Under the pieces are notes generated by a model. It made no database searches. It was not told the DNA's origin and saw nothing but the letters and a program-made list of their open reading frames with translations. The position numbers and the translations under genes are program-made. DNA of 38,501 nt from Escherichia phage RCF. The DNA lies in the sequence record OR941417.1; one strand, written 5' to 3'. Positions 38,063-38,501 of the stretch are shown here, piece after piece (position 1 is the stretch's first letter; each line of letters opens with the position of its first letter).

Positions 38063-38093
38063 CTCAAAGCACGTAAAGATTGCACTGTATGCT

Positions 38094-38219
38094 ATGGCTT
38101 ATGGTGCATCGAAACGTAAGGTCAAACGCATCTTAACGAGACACCGCAAGATGACCGCACGACAGGCTGCAAGCGCTGTCAAATGGGCTGAATTTACTCT
38201 TTACTCTTCTTACAGATAA
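38094..38219 (+). CDS. Possible early basic micro-protein (41 aa, MAYGASKRKVKRILTRHRKMTARQAASAVKWAEFTLYSSYR)
   Basis: Not in the ORF track. ORF between the previous early gene and 0.7; no convincing Shine-Dalgarno. Speculative. Confidence 0.25.
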   Translation: MAYGASKRKVKRILTRHRKMTARQAASAVKWAEFTLYSSYR

Positions 38220-38233
38220 CAGGACACTGAACG

Positions 38234-38501
38234 ATGACTTTCACCGAAGCACAAGCCGCACTCGAAGCTATCCGCAACCTACCGATTGAGCGCCTGAACG
38301 AACGCCAGCCCATGCTGGTGGCTCTTGCGGCTGCTATCGTGAACGCTGAGACTCAAGACGGGCAACTGACGCAGGCCAAGGGTAATTGGGGTCTGGAGTC
38401 GATGGACTACTGGCAGACACTGGCGGAGCGTATGCGTGATGTTGGTTTCGTCAAGCTGGGCAACGGTCACTTTAGCGCAGCCTATGAACACGCACTGCTA
38501 C
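38234..38501 (+). CDS. 0.7: Gene 0.7 protein kinase, N-terminal portion (3' end truncated by window end; continues in frame at window start)
   Basis: ATG 38234; MTFTEAQAALEAIRNLPIERLNERQPMLVALAAAIVNAETQDGQLTQAKGNWGLESMDYWQTLAERM... runs to the window end, and the last 127 nt are identical to nt 1..127. Confidence 0.85.
   Translation, partial: MTFTEAQAALEAIRNLPIERLNERQPMLVALAAAIVNAETQDGQLTQAKGNWGLESMDYWQTLAERMRDVGFVKLGNGHFSAAYEHALL
38375..38501 (+). repeat. Window wrap-around: these 127 nt are identical to nt 1..127 (circular permutation or assembly overlap, not a biological repeat)
   Basis: Direct comparison of the first and last 127 nt of the window; the overlap falls inside gene 0.7. Confidence 0.95.

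Overview
The window is essentially one complete, circularly permuted genome of a T3-like (T7-supergroup, Autographiviridae) lytic podophage. The last 127 nt (38375..38501) repeat nt 1..127, so the unit length is 38374 bp and gene 0.7 is split across the window ends. All genes I can support are on the + strand in canonical T3/T7 order: host sigma70 promoters A1-A3, SAM hydrolase 0.3, small early ORFs, kinase 0.7, RNA polymerase 1, ligase 1.3, DNA metabolism genes 1.7 to 6, virion genes 6.7 to 17, then lysis and packaging genes 17.5 to 19.5. There are 15 copies of the T3-type phage promoter (consensus AATTAACCCTCACTAAAGGGAGA), a recurring RNase III-type hairpin, two intrinsic terminators, and a terminal-repeat/concatemer-junction region with CCTAAAG heptamer arrays. 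The three observations most worth follow-up are: (1) a 128-codon ORF of unknown family wedged between tail fibre gene 17 and holin 17.5; (2) a canonical -1 frameshift heptamer (CCCAAAG) at the end of capsid gene 10A that would add a 94-aa Ig-like (Big_2-type) extension; (3) near-perfect 21-bp tandem repeats in the tail fibre shaft. I found no integrase, tRNA or CRISPR array. All protein identifications come from reading the supplied translations against remembered T7/T3 proteins; no database search was run, and gene names follow T7 numbering by synteny.
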